A model generated the notes under the pieces. The model saw nothing but the letters and a program-made list of their open reading frames with translations, was not told the origin of the DNA and ran no database searches. Source: Fibrobacteria bacterium (GTDB lineage: Bacteria > Fibrobacterota > Fibrobacteria > UBA11236). Taken from it: 64,000 nt of DNA. Shown piece after piece: positions 1 through 9,095 of this stretch. How positions within the stretch are numbered: position 1 is the first letter of the stretch; each line of letters starts with the position of its first letter. The stretch is from contig JAYTHY010000052.1 in NCBI GenBank assembly GCA_043732185.1, positions 1 through 64,000 of the forward strand, read 5' to 3'. A program made the position numbers and the translations under genes.

Positions 1-1079
1 CGGAATTCGTGGGCTTCCAATAGCAGCCGTGAATCGTGAAAGTATTTTACCAAAACTCGGATAAAAGCTTCCTTCGATTCCTCCAAACGTCCGCTCTTGC
101 GATGGAGCAGTGCAACTCTAAATTGTAGGTAGGATTTGAGATTGTCGGAACGGCTCCAGGATAATGCCTGCGAGTACCAGGGAATAGCTTTCTGCGGCGT
201 TCCCGATTTTTCATAATGTTGGCCAACGAGCAATGCATAATGATTGGGTAGACCCGTGAGAACGGCCAGGCCAAGCATTGCCAAACCTATGGAAGCCATC
301 CCCAGAAGGTAAATTTTCACAAAGCGCTCTCCAGACCGCCACAGGCGCTGGCATTGGTGCACGAGGCCGGGAATCGAGGCGAACCACAGGATTAGAAAAA
401 GTACTTGCCTGGTATGATCCAGCCACGGGGGGAAAAGCGCTAGCTCTTGAACCTGCCACATGGGTATGGTCACCAATAAATAATAAAGTTGACTGACGAA
501 AAGATGGGCCACGGTAACCAGTGCAATCAGCTTCACCAAACCGGCCAGAGTCCAACGCATTCCATCTTTAGTGGATTGCAAGGCGGAAAAAAACAGGAGA
601 AGACCGAAATTCATCCAGACTAGGCCCAGGTCTTCCGAGATGGAATTGACGGATGCATTGACGGGATAATAACTGCTCCACAAAATATCCGACAACCATT
701 GTTCCATACTGGCCAGGAACACCGCCAAGGGCAGTCCCGCCACAGTCAAGGCCAAGGCATTGCGCATGCGATGTTGAGACGGATCCGCAGTTGGTGCCAC
801 CCTTTCCAATGGCACCACGACCATCACCACCAAGGTCCAAAACAGGTTCCAACTTCCCAGGATGATGGCCATCAATAACCAGTTGCAAGGCAACCAAACT
901 ACCATGGGAATGGGAGCTAAAGCCGCGCCGACCAATAACCAAGAGAAAAAACGTTTCCGGGATGTATGCAAGTAAGGCAAAAAGGGCCAAGGCCCTGCGA
1001 TAAGCATCAGGAAATAGACAAAACTCGGCCGGGAAGGCTTACCAGGAAGAATGGTGGCATGGGGTTCAGCAGGAATCAT
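1..1079 (-). CDS. Polytopic membrane protein followed by TPR-like repeats; runs off the left edge; probable paralog of the adjacent 856-aa protein
   Basis: Not in the ORF track because it has no stop inside the window. Manual translation from ATG at 1079 is open to position 1: MIPAEPHATILPGKPSRPSFVYFLMLIAGPWPFLPYL...LAVLTGLPNHYALLVGQHYEKSGTPQKAIPWYSQAL...LQFRVALLHRKSGRLEESKEAFIRVLVKYF. About 8 hydrophobic segments, then TPR-like helices. Starts 8 nt after the upstream stop at 1087. Confidence 0.85.
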   Translation of the reverse strand, partial: MIPAEPHATILPGKPSRPSFVYFLMLIAGPWPFLPYLHTSRKRFFSWLLVGAALAPIPMVVWLPCNWLLMAIILGSWNLFWTLVVMVVVPLERVAPTADPSQHRMRNALALTVAGLPLAVFLASMEQWLSDILWSSYYPVNASVNSISEDLGLVWMNFGLLLFFSALQSTKDGMRWTLAGLVKLIALVTVAHLFVSQLYYLLVTIPMWQVQELALFPPWLDHTRQVLFLILWFASIPGLVHQCQRLWRSGERFVKIYLLGMASIGLAMLGLAVLTGLPNHYALLVGQHYEKSGTPQKAIPWYSQALSWSRSDNLKSYLQFRVALLHRKSGRLEESKEAFIRVLVKYFHDSRLLLEAHEF

Positions 1080-1086
1080 ATTGTTT

Positions 1087-3657
1087 TTATATGCTCCTTT
1101 TCTGCCACTGGTGATGGACTTGTTCTGCCGTTTTATCGCCCTTATGACGGTAATAGGCTTCCATTAAGGCATGGCTCTCCCCTATCGATTTATCCAGTTT
1201 AAGGCTGTGTGATAAGGCAGAAAAAGCCGTATGATAATGACCCTTGTCCATGGCAACGGCCGCCTTCAAAGTCAAGTACCTGGCATCGGACGAATAACCT
1301 TTGCAGCGGTCCAGTATATCGGAAAGTTCGCCCACCTTACCCAGTTTGAACTTGGTCCAAGCCAACCTTAACTCGGCTGATTCACTGCCAAAGGGAAAGA
1401 GGCGCGTCAACTCCGTATAAATGCTTTCAGCGCCAGCCAAGTCGCGGCGTCGAACGAGTAAGGTAGCCAGTGAATCCGTATACAGGGGCTCTTCCGGATC
1501 CATACGGTGCAATCGAGAATAAAGCACCATCGCCGTATCCACTAGGGGTCGAGTTTTGGTTGCAGTGTCTAAAATTGGAGCAACATACCAATTCATCATC
1601 AGGTAGCTTCCCAATTGTCCTTGCATGATTTTGGTAACGATTTCTTTTTCAACTTGAGGGTTGGGCCCTAAATTTTTCAGCCAATCAGGGGGGAAATCGC
1701 GAAACAAATTCTGATAGTCCCCAGGATCGGCGGCCAGTTCCCAATAGCGCCGCTTTAAATAAATCATCCGAGAAAAGATTTGATCGTTCGGGAACAGCTG
1801 TTCGGCTTGTCGATAACAGTTGGCCGCTTCTTCGTAATTTTCGTGCTCTTGGTAATACACATCCCCTTGCTCCACGAAATAGGCTGCGCGACGTTCTGTT
1901 GGACCCACCATCGCACTATCGCCCAAGACCATTCCTACACCACCGATGTCCAATACATATTCGGCCAAATCCTCTGCGGGAATAAATCTCTGTAAGTTCT
2001 GGCGCCAGACACTGGACGTATCTTTCTTCCTGAGTTCTGTGGTGGAGGGGCCAAAGGCTTCCTCAACGTGATGGTTAAAAAGATCCGTATTCTCATTCCG
2101 GAACCAATCCCAGCCACCCGGTGCCTGATATGCGTAATAATAAAAGCCGTCGCGACCGGAATCATAACCCGTTATCGGCACCCAATGTCCATAGAGGCTA
2201 AGAAACGGAACATGACCGGCGGTCAAGGCCTGCTTAATCCGGCTGTTGGTTAAAAAACAAGTGGAAACAGGTATTTCCAATAAGCGTAGCGCAGGTATAA
2301 GTTCAGGAACATTATCCAGCTTCGGTAAGTTCAACTGGACGCGATTCGACAAATCCAAGAGCCGCTTTTTCAGTTCTAGGTCCGTCCAGGACGGCTTTAA
2401 AAAGGCCACAGCGCTTAGGAGCGCATACCATTCCTGATCGAGATACGCTGCGGATTTAATGACGGGTAAATCCAGTTTAATGTGTCCAACCGTAACGTCT
2501 GAATCCGTTCCAGGCTTGGTTGAATCGGCATGCACTCGTTTCAATGCCGCCAGTGAGCGTTCCGTTCGCTTACGTATACGGGCAAAGTAGGGCTTGTCCC
2601 CACATTGAACGACTAATCGATCCATTAAACCCAAGGCTCTATCCCGATTCCCACTTTGGTATTCCAATTCTGTCCACTCTTCTAGAATGGATGGATTGCG
2701 GAACGCGGACGGGGTGCGCGCCAAACCTGCATTTGCGGCGAAACGATACAATTGAAAATGGTGACCATTCAAAGCCATTTGCCGCAGGCCGGCCAAGTAG
2801 TAATTCCAATCCCCAATTACAAAAAGCATATTGGCGTACAGAAGCAGGGAAGGCAAGCTCAAAAAAATTGTCCGTTTCAAAAACACGGAAGTGCGTGCGG
2901 ATTGGACAAGATAGCCAATGCCTAACAGGAAAGCACCGGCATAAAAAATGGATTTAACCAGGATCCGGAATCGAATTTCTCCTAGGTAGGAGAAAAAAAG
3001 TGGTTCGCGAGCCACACCGTAGATTTGGTTCAAAATGGTTTGATCACACTTTTCCCAAATCATGATCCAAAGTAATATCACCAAAATTGCAGCATAGAAA
3101 TAAACTAGTGTACGCAGTTTTGCCTGCAGTTTTGCTTTCCAGGCTACCCAGGATAACAATGCCACTACTGGAACTGCACAAAGCATCCAGATTAATCCGT
3201 CAGTGTAAACATCACTGGGAAGTCGGATGGAAAAACCTTCCAGCTCGCCGATATTATGGATGAGAGCAAGGATATAGGTCCAAGGGAAAATAGCCAAACT
3301 AGCCAACAGAATAATTGAACCAAGCCGTGAACGATCCAACTGGCCTGCGTTTTCGGATACAATGTTGAAGTATTCCGATCTTCCATTGTGAACCATAGCC
3401 CAAGCACTGGCTCCTGCAGCGAGCAAGTAGAAACCAATGAGCAGCGCCCAATGTACGGGAGCGAAAAACAAAAATCCTGTGCTGGCCAGGACTCCACAAA
3501 CAAGGATGGCCACGGTTAAAAAATAGTCCGCTTGCAGGCCTCTCCTACTTTTTTTTGCGACTAGAGTAAACCATAAGGCAAATGGACCTAATAAGACCGA
3601 TACCAAACTAAACCAAATAAGCTTCAAACCAATTGAAAATACCGGCTTATGGATCAA
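1087..3657 (-). CDS. Polytopic membrane protein with TPR, a C39/papain-like domain (probably inactive) and a C-terminal TPR array
   Basis: 856 aa. The first ~285 aa hold about 8-9 TM segments. LDLPVIK...IKQALTAGHVPFL..GHWVPITGYD matches the Peptidase_C39-like pattern. TPR motifs such as QGDVYYQEHENYEEAANCYRQA. TTG start with GAAGAGGA upstream. Confidence 0.8.
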   Translation of the reverse strand: MIHKPVFSIGLKLIWFSLVSVLLGPFALWFTLVAKKSRRGLQADYFLTVAILVCGVLASTGFLFFAPVHWALLIGFYLLAAGASAWAMVHNGRSEYFNIVSENAGQLDRSRLGSIILLASLAIFPWTYILALIHNIGELEGFSIRLPSDVYTDGLIWMLCAVPVVALLSWVAWKAKLQAKLRTLVYFYAAILVILLWIMIWEKCDQTILNQIYGVAREPLFFSYLGEIRFRILVKSIFYAGAFLLGIGYLVQSARTSVFLKRTIFLSLPSLLLYANMLFVIGDWNYYLAGLRQMALNGHHFQLYRFAANAGLARTPSAFRNPSILEEWTELEYQSGNRDRALGLMDRLVVQCGDKPYFARIRKRTERSLAALKRVHADSTKPGTDSDVTVGHIKLDLPVIKSAAYLDQEWYALLSAVAFLKPSWTDLELKKRLLDLSNRVQLNLPKLDNVPELIPALRLLEIPVSTCFLTNSRIKQALTAGHVPFLSLYGHWVPITGYDSGRDGFYYYAYQAPGGWDWFRNENTDLFNHHVEEAFGPSTTELRKKDTSSVWRQNLQRFIPAEDLAEYVLDIGGVGMVLGDSAMVGPTERRAAYFVEQGDVYYQEHENYEEAANCYRQAEQLFPNDQIFSRMIYLKRRYWELAADPGDYQNLFRDFPPDWLKNLGPNPQVEKEIVTKIMQGQLGSYLMMNWYVAPILDTATKTRPLVDTAMVLYSRLHRMDPEEPLYTDSLATLLVRRRDLAGAESIYTELTRLFPFGSESAELRLAWTKFKLGKVGELSDILDRCKGYSSDARYLTLKAAVAMDKGHYHTAFSALSHSLKLDKSIGESHALMEAYYRHKGDKTAEQVHHQWQKRSI

Positions 3658-3839
3658 GTGGTTTCCTCTTCCAGACTAGCATACTTTTGTGGTACCAGAA
3701 TGTTCATTAGGAAAGTATAAAACCGCGACTTTAATATCCATTTTCGAGCTAGTCTGCAAGATATAACGCTTGATCCGTCAAGGGAATATGCCAGCTTAAT
3801 CATATCGCACATTTAGTACTGCACATTTCCTCCAAAAGG

Positions 3840-3869
3840 TTGACACGGCTTTCTTCCGGAACCTATTTT
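3840..3869 (+). promoter_or_regulatory. Candidate sigma70-type promoter for the sugar-transferase fusion gene
   Basis: TTGACA (3840-3845), 18-nt spacer, TATTTT (3864-3869), 26 nt before ATG 3896. Direct repeat GCACATTT at 3807 and 3821 just upstream. Confidence 0.35.
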
Positions 3870-3895
3870 GGAGAGAAATTAAGCCCTGGAATTGA

Positions 3896-5959
3896 ATGAA
3901 GCCTGCATTGACTGTGCTTGTGGTTAAAAGACTTTTGGACCTGCTCTCTGGATGGCTGGGTACGCTTTTTTTCGTTGCCTCATACCCCATCGTCGCGGCT
4001 TTGATCAAGCTGGAGTCTCGCGGTCCAGTTTTATATTCTCAGCAACGAGTTGGAATCAACCGCCGTTCCAGCCCTTATGCAATTTTTGCTTCTTCCAAGG
4101 CAGATGCGCCCGCGGGCGGAGCCGGGAGCTTCATCCTTTCAAATCGACGGGTAGATTGTGGTGGTGAAATATTCACCATCCTAAAATACCGGACTATGCG
4201 AGTGGATGCGGAAAGTTTAGGTCCGCAGCTTGCTTCCAAAGGACTTGATCCTCGGGTAACCCGCCTTGGAAAATGGTTACGAGCTCTGCACATTGATGAG
4301 TTGCCCCAATTCGTGAATATACTCCGGGGTGATATGAGCCTGATTGGGCCACGGCCGGAAAGACCCCATTTTACCTTACAATATTCCAAGAGCATTCCTC
4401 ATTACTTGGATAGAACCCTTTGGATCAAGCCTGGTCTAACGGGTTTGGCCCAGATTGTATTGGGCTATGATGATTCCTTGGACAGCGTGGTGCGTAAAAT
4501 CCATTATGATTTCTCTTACCGTTCCGCGACCAGCCATATGCTGGCATGGGTCAAAATGGAATTGTGGGTGGCTGTCAATACCATACTTTACCTGTTCATC
4601 AAGCCTGAGTTTGAAGGAGAAACGCGGGATTTGGAAGGCCTAAAACGGGCCAGAAGAGTAAACTTCCGAGCCTATGCGCCATTTAAGGCTGACCTTCCCA
4701 AAGATTTTCCGGAAATTAAAAGCCTGGTACACACGCATCAGACAAAAAGATCCATTATCATGGTCGGCAGCAGTCCTCTTGAAATTGGCCGCACCTTAAA
4801 GGACATGCCCATTGATTCCGGTAAGCCACTCGATGTGCAACTCAGTCCGGATGAGAACTTCGACCTGGAAGACTTAGGGTTTCTCATTAATCTTGTATTG
4901 AAAGTAAAGCAAAACGGTGGCCGTGTTGCCGTCAAGAATTCCAGTCCTAGAATTCAGAAGATGCTGAAAGAAATTCATCTCGATAAAGTCATTGAATTGC
5001 ATCGGCCTCAGGATACCATTAAAAATTTTATGACTGTGGATGTGGAATGTTGGTTCCATGCCTATAATTTAAAGCAACAGGTTTCCGCTTCAACCTGGCA
5101 CTTGCAGCCCACACGCGTGGTTGCCAACGTCAAGAAAATCTTGGATCTTTTCCGTACGCATGATACCAAGGCCACTTTTTTTGTATTGGGCTGGGTAGCG
5201 GATCATTTTCCCGATGTCGTCCGCATGATAGCGGCGGAAGGCCATGAAATAGGCACGCACGGGTATTACCACAATTTACTGACTGATATGACCCCTACCC
5301 AATTTACCGAGGATCTGGAAAAATCCCTGGTTTCTCTGAGCAAACTCACATCCCAAAAAGTCATCGGGCACAGGGCTTCCAATTTTTCCATCGTCGCCTC
5401 TACACTTTGGGCATTGGAAATTCTGGCCCGCTACGGAATCGAATACGATTCCAGTATTTTTCCAATAAAGCGCGAACGCTATGGAATTCATCGTTATCCG
5501 AACCGTTTGCCGCATACCATGGAATTCCAGAATGGCGGCACTCTGACTGAAGTCCCCATGTCCACTTTGGGATTGGGCAATAAGGTACTGCCAATATCTG
5601 GTGGCGGCTATTTACGACTGTATCCTTACCGGGTTACGGACCGTTATATCGAACAGAAAAACTTGCGAGGCTTGCCCGCCATGGTTTATTTCCATCCTTG
5701 GGAATTGGACACCATGCAAAAAAGACTGAACGTTGGAGCCATGAAAGGCTTCCAACATTATGTGAATTTGGATACCACGGAATGGAAGTTGAGTCGATTG
5801 ATGGAACGGTTCTTTTTTACGTCCATTAAGGACAATTTGAGTTCGCGCAGAATATCCGGATTATTGAAAAAGAATCCCGTCAAAATCGAAAGAGTTATAT
5901 CGGATGAATTTGAGGCGCAAGCGGGATTGAATGTCTTGCCCAATCCTCTCCTCAGTTAA
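3896..5959 (+). CDS. Fusion: priming sugar (phosphoglycosyl) transferase + STAS-like domain + polysaccharide deacetylase (PEP-CTERM/XrtA-locus-like, DUF3473-type)
   Basis: KRLLD, KYRTM, DPRVTRLGKWLRALHIDELPQFVNILRGDMSLIGPRPERP and KPGLTGLAQ (Bac_transf). Middle part is STAS-like (GFLINLVLKVKQNGGRVAVKNSSPRIQKML). C-terminus: TVDVECWFH, KATFFVLGWVA, HEIGTHGYYH, GGGYLRLYP, YFHPWELD. Confidence 0.9.
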   Translation: MKPALTVLVVKRLLDLLSGWLGTLFFVASYPIVAALIKLESRGPVLYSQQRVGINRRSSPYAIFASSKADAPAGGAGSFILSNRRVDCGGEIFTILKYRTMRVDAESLGPQLASKGLDPRVTRLGKWLRALHIDELPQFVNILRGDMSLIGPRPERPHFTLQYSKSIPHYLDRTLWIKPGLTGLAQIVLGYDDSLDSVVRKIHYDFSYRSATSHMLAWVKMELWVAVNTILYLFIKPEFEGETRDLEGLKRARRVNFRAYAPFKADLPKDFPEIKSLVHTHQTKRSIIMVGSSPLEIGRTLKDMPIDSGKPLDVQLSPDENFDLEDLGFLINLVLKVKQNGGRVAVKNSSPRIQKMLKEIHLDKVIELHRPQDTIKNFMTVDVECWFHAYNLKQQVSASTWHLQPTRVVANVKKILDLFRTHDTKATFFVLGWVADHFPDVVRMIAAEGHEIGTHGYYHNLLTDMTPTQFTEDLEKSLVSLSKLTSQKVIGHRASNFSIVASTLWALEILARYGIEYDSSIFPIKRERYGIHRYPNRLPHTMEFQNGGTLTEVPMSTLGLGNKVLPISGGGYLRLYPYRVTDRYIEQKNLRGLPAMVYFHPWELDTMQKRLNVGAMKGFQHYVNLDTTEWKLSRLMERFFFTSIKDNLSSRRISGLLKKNPVKIERVISDEFEAQAGLNVLPNPLLS

Positions 5960-7833
5960 GACTCGGCTTGTGGGACAGCCGTTTTTTGATTGAGATGAAA
6001 AATAAGACCCGAAATATCGGCGGGTGTGACACCTGATATGCGCTGCGCCAAGCCTACCGTCAAGGGACGCTTGCTGGCCAGTTTTTGTCTTGCTTCCGTG
6101 GACAAGGCATGGGCGACGAGGTAGTTGAATTCCGGCGGAATTCGCAAACCGCCTAATTTCCGATTGCGCTCGATTTCTTTCAGCTGCCTGTCCAAGAATC
6201 CCTTGTAGCGTTCGGAAGCCTCAAGAGCCAGCATTTCCCGCTCGGTCAAATCGGTTGCAATACCCAAGCAGGCCATCAATCCCAAAAGTCCTACATCCGG
6301 TCTGCGCAGCAAACTAATGGCAGGTACGGCTTCTGGTAAAGCTGCTGAACCACAGGAACCGAGGTAGGCGTCAACAGCTGGCCCAAATGCGCGGGCCTCA
6401 GCTAATGTATCACGGACATCTTTAAGCCGTATGCGCCACGCTTCATATTTAGCGAAAGTTTGCGCATCCACCATACCGAGTGCATGCCCCTTTTCCAACA
6501 ACCGCTCCTCCGCATTGTCTTGACGCAAATGCAATCGAAATTCCGCCCGGGAGGTAAACATCCGATAGGGCTCTTCCAATTCCTGCGAAATAAGATCATC
6601 CGTCAAAACGCCAATATAAGAGTCGCTACGGCCCAGAATAAGAGGATCTTTTCCTTGTAAGGTCAGGGCGGCGTTTATGCCAGCCATCAAGCCCTGCGCT
6701 GCGGCTTCTTCATAACCGGAAGTACCATTCACTTGGCCGGCAAAATAAAGCCCACGGATGTCTTTGAATTCATAAGTAGGATCGAGCTGGGTCGCATCCA
6801 CAGAATCGTATTCCACCGCATAGCCATAACGCAGGACCCGACAGTTCTTAAGCCCCGGAATGGTGCGTAAGGCCAAGTCTTGAATCTCAGCCGGGAGACT
6901 AGATGAAAAGCCATTTACGTAGATACGTCCGTTATTTAGGCCTTCCGGTTCTAGAAACAGATGATGGGAATCCTTGTCCGCAAATCGGCAGATTTTGTCT
7001 TCAATGGATGGACAATAGCGCGGGCCAATACCTTTTATCGTGCCCGTAAACATTGGACTTTGGCTAAAACCGGTTCGCAGCACGTTATGGGTGGCTTCAT
7101 TGGTGTGCGTTATCCAGCAGGTGGCTTGATTTTTGAGCTTGGCCACGGTCCGGAAGGAAAAAGGAACGGGGTCCGCATCGCCATGCTGGACCTCGACGGC
7201 CGAATAATCAATCGAGTCCGCAGCCAGTCTCGCCGGAGTTCCCGTTTTCAATCGACGTGTTTTAATTCCCATGGCCTGCATCGATTGGGCCAGGCTATTG
7301 GCTGCTGCCTCTCCAATCCTGCCTCCCGGGGTTGGCTGCAAACCTGTGTACATGACAGCGCCTAGAAAAGTACCGGAAGTGATGATCAGTGCCCGGCACA
7401 CCATGCGTCCTTGCGCCCCAAAATCCAAATCAAAACGACCATCCGCTTGCCGTTGAAAGCCTTGCAATTCCCCATCCCTTAACGAGAGCAGCGGTGTCGC
7501 TTGCAACAGGCTTTGCATGGTATCGGCGTAAAGCTCCATATCCATTTGAGCACGTGGCCCCCATACGGCCGGACCCTTGGACAAATTAAGCATTCGAAAT
7601 TGGATGCCGGCGATATCGGCAACCACTCCCATGAGCCCACCCAATGCATCCAAATCACGGACCAATTGTCCTTTGGCTACTCCACCAATGGCAGGATTGC
7701 ACGACATGCGTCCCACTGCTTTGGTGTCCATGGAGACCAGTGCCGTCCGCATGCCAAGCCGTGCGCCAGCGTGCGCAGCTTCGATGCCTGCGTGCCCGCC
7801 GCCAATGACCACAATGTCGAAATAGTTTTCCAT
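5956..7833 (-). CDS. mnmG: tRNA uridine-5-carboxymethylaminomethyl modification enzyme MnmG (GidA)
   Basis: VIGGGHAGIEAA, MSCNPAIGGVAKG, LKTGTPARL, GPRYCPSIEDK, AGQVNGTSGYEEAAAQG, EPYRMFTSRAEFRL. Confidence 0.98.
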   Translation of the reverse strand: MENYFDIVVIGGGHAGIEAAHAGARLGMRTALVSMDTKAVGRMSCNPAIGGVAKGQLVRDLDALGGLMGVVADIAGIQFRMLNLSKGPAVWGPRAQMDMELYADTMQSLLQATPLLSLRDGELQGFQRQADGRFDLDFGAQGRMVCRALIITSGTFLGAVMYTGLQPTPGGRIGEAAANSLAQSMQAMGIKTRRLKTGTPARLAADSIDYSAVEVQHGDADPVPFSFRTVAKLKNQATCWITHTNEATHNVLRTGFSQSPMFTGTIKGIGPRYCPSIEDKICRFADKDSHHLFLEPEGLNNGRIYVNGFSSSLPAEIQDLALRTIPGLKNCRVLRYGYAVEYDSVDATQLDPTYEFKDIRGLYFAGQVNGTSGYEEAAAQGLMAGINAALTLQGKDPLILGRSDSYIGVLTDDLISQELEEPYRMFTSRAEFRLHLRQDNAEERLLEKGHALGMVDAQTFAKYEAWRIRLKDVRDTLAEARAFGPAVDAYLGSCGSAALPEAVPAISLLRRPDVGLLGLMACLGIATDLTEREMLALEASERYKGFLDRQLKEIERNRKLGGLRIPPEFNYLVAHALSTEARQKLASKRPLTVGLAQRISGVTPADISGLIFHLNQKTAVPQAES

Positions 7834-7940
7834 ACGCCGCCTACAATGTACTTCCTCACCTGGCTTGCCAGGCGGACACCTATGGAAAGTAAAAAATTGT
7901 TGTTATCATGCTCCCTTAAAACCCTTCCAAAGCGAATACA

Positions 7941-8411
7941 ATGCCCAAGAAACATTGGCTGATGAAAACGGAACCCGATACCTTTTCAATCCAGGATCTA
8001 CAGAGCCGTCCCGGTCAGCGGGAGCACTGGGAAGGCGTACGGAATTATCAGGCCCGTAACTACATGCGGGACCAAATGGCCATTGGCGATGCCGTGCTCT
8101 TTTATCATTCCAGCTGTTCACCCGCAGGAATAGTGGGCTTGGCCACCATCGTAACCGCCGCTTATCCGGATCCCACCGCTTTGGATCCGGCGTCCAAGTA
8201 CTTCGATTCCAAGGCCACGCAGCTTAAAAATCCCTGGGTGATGGTAGATGTTCAATTTAAGCGAGAATTTTCGACTATGCTAACACTAGATACGCTGCGT
8301 GGAATTCCGGGATTGGAAGGAATGCTAGTGCTGAAAAGAGGCATGCGCCTATCCATCCAGCCGGTTACTCCCGAGGAATTTGGGATTTTATTAAAAGTAG
8401 TGGGAAAGTAA
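7941..8411 (+). CDS. EVE domain-containing protein
   Basis: WLMKTEP, WEGVRNYQARN, FYHSSC, PDPTA..SKYFD, RLSIQPV. Confidence 0.95.
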   Translation: MPKKHWLMKTEPDTFSIQDLQSRPGQREHWEGVRNYQARNYMRDQMAIGDAVLFYHSSCSPAGIVGLATIVTAAYPDPTALDPASKYFDSKATQLKNPWVMVDVQFKREFSTMLTLDTLRGIPGLEGMLVLKRGMRLSIQPVTPEEFGILLKVVGK

Positions 8412-8503
8412 AACTTCCAAGATATCACAAATAAGTCTATGGCGTTGCAGAGTTGACTTAGGAATATCACTTCCAACCTCTCGCTGTGATTTACATTTAG
8501 AAC

Positions 8504-8827
8504 ATGAGACCCAGTTTCCGTCCCGATTTGGAATTGCCTTTGCCGACACCACGACCTTTGATCGGCGATGTGGAAGCTTTGGCGGGGCCGCGTTCCGGGC
8601 TTGGCCAGGACAGCTCGCGTGATGAATCCATTCTAGGGGTGTTGCGCGAACGATTGCAAGAACGGAGGCAGAGTAACATTAAGGTTACTGGTGGTCGCAG
8701 GGCCAGCGATAAAAGGCCCATCGGTGAGGAAGACAAATACGAACCGCAAAGAATCAGTCGTAAGATTTGCTGGCAATACGATCAAACGGCGCATAAAATC
8801 CCCTTGCTGCGCCGGCATTACATTTAA
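8504..8827 (+). CDS. Hypothetical protein with an ERR...GRRASD motif
   Basis: 107-aa ORF filling the intergenic space; no clear SD; no recognised family. Confidence 0.45.
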   Translation: MRPSFRPDLELPLPTPRPLIGDVEALAGPRSGLGQDSSRDESILGVLRERLQERRQSNIKVTGGRRASDKRPIGEEDKYEPQRISRKICWQYDQTAHKIPLLRRHYI

Positions 8828-9095
8828 GTCTTAAACTGGTTTTTTTTTGGCTTCGCGATTGGGCGTGCGAAGCAAAGTTGATCTTGCAATTTCCAGATTT
8901 TACCCTGTCTTGCCTTCAAAATATTTAAGAACTTTTAGCCGCCCGACACGGTTTTCTAAAACTCAACAAAACTTCAGCCTAAACAGCACAAATTCCTTTA
9001 ATTATTCCTTCAATGATTTATTGAATTCTTATGCCTTACGCCCCCATAATGATTTAGGACATATCGGGAGTTCCGATATAAAACTTTAAGGGGAA

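Noticed and set aside
47..1202. Track ORFs 47-274, 211-555, 278-496, 568-990 and 966-1202
   Set aside because: They are shadows of the real minus-strand frame that starts at 1079 and runs off the window.
7941..8411. EVE protein as part of a modification-dependent defence system
   Set aside because: It is a stand-alone EVE with no nuclease or ATPase partner, in a housekeeping context.
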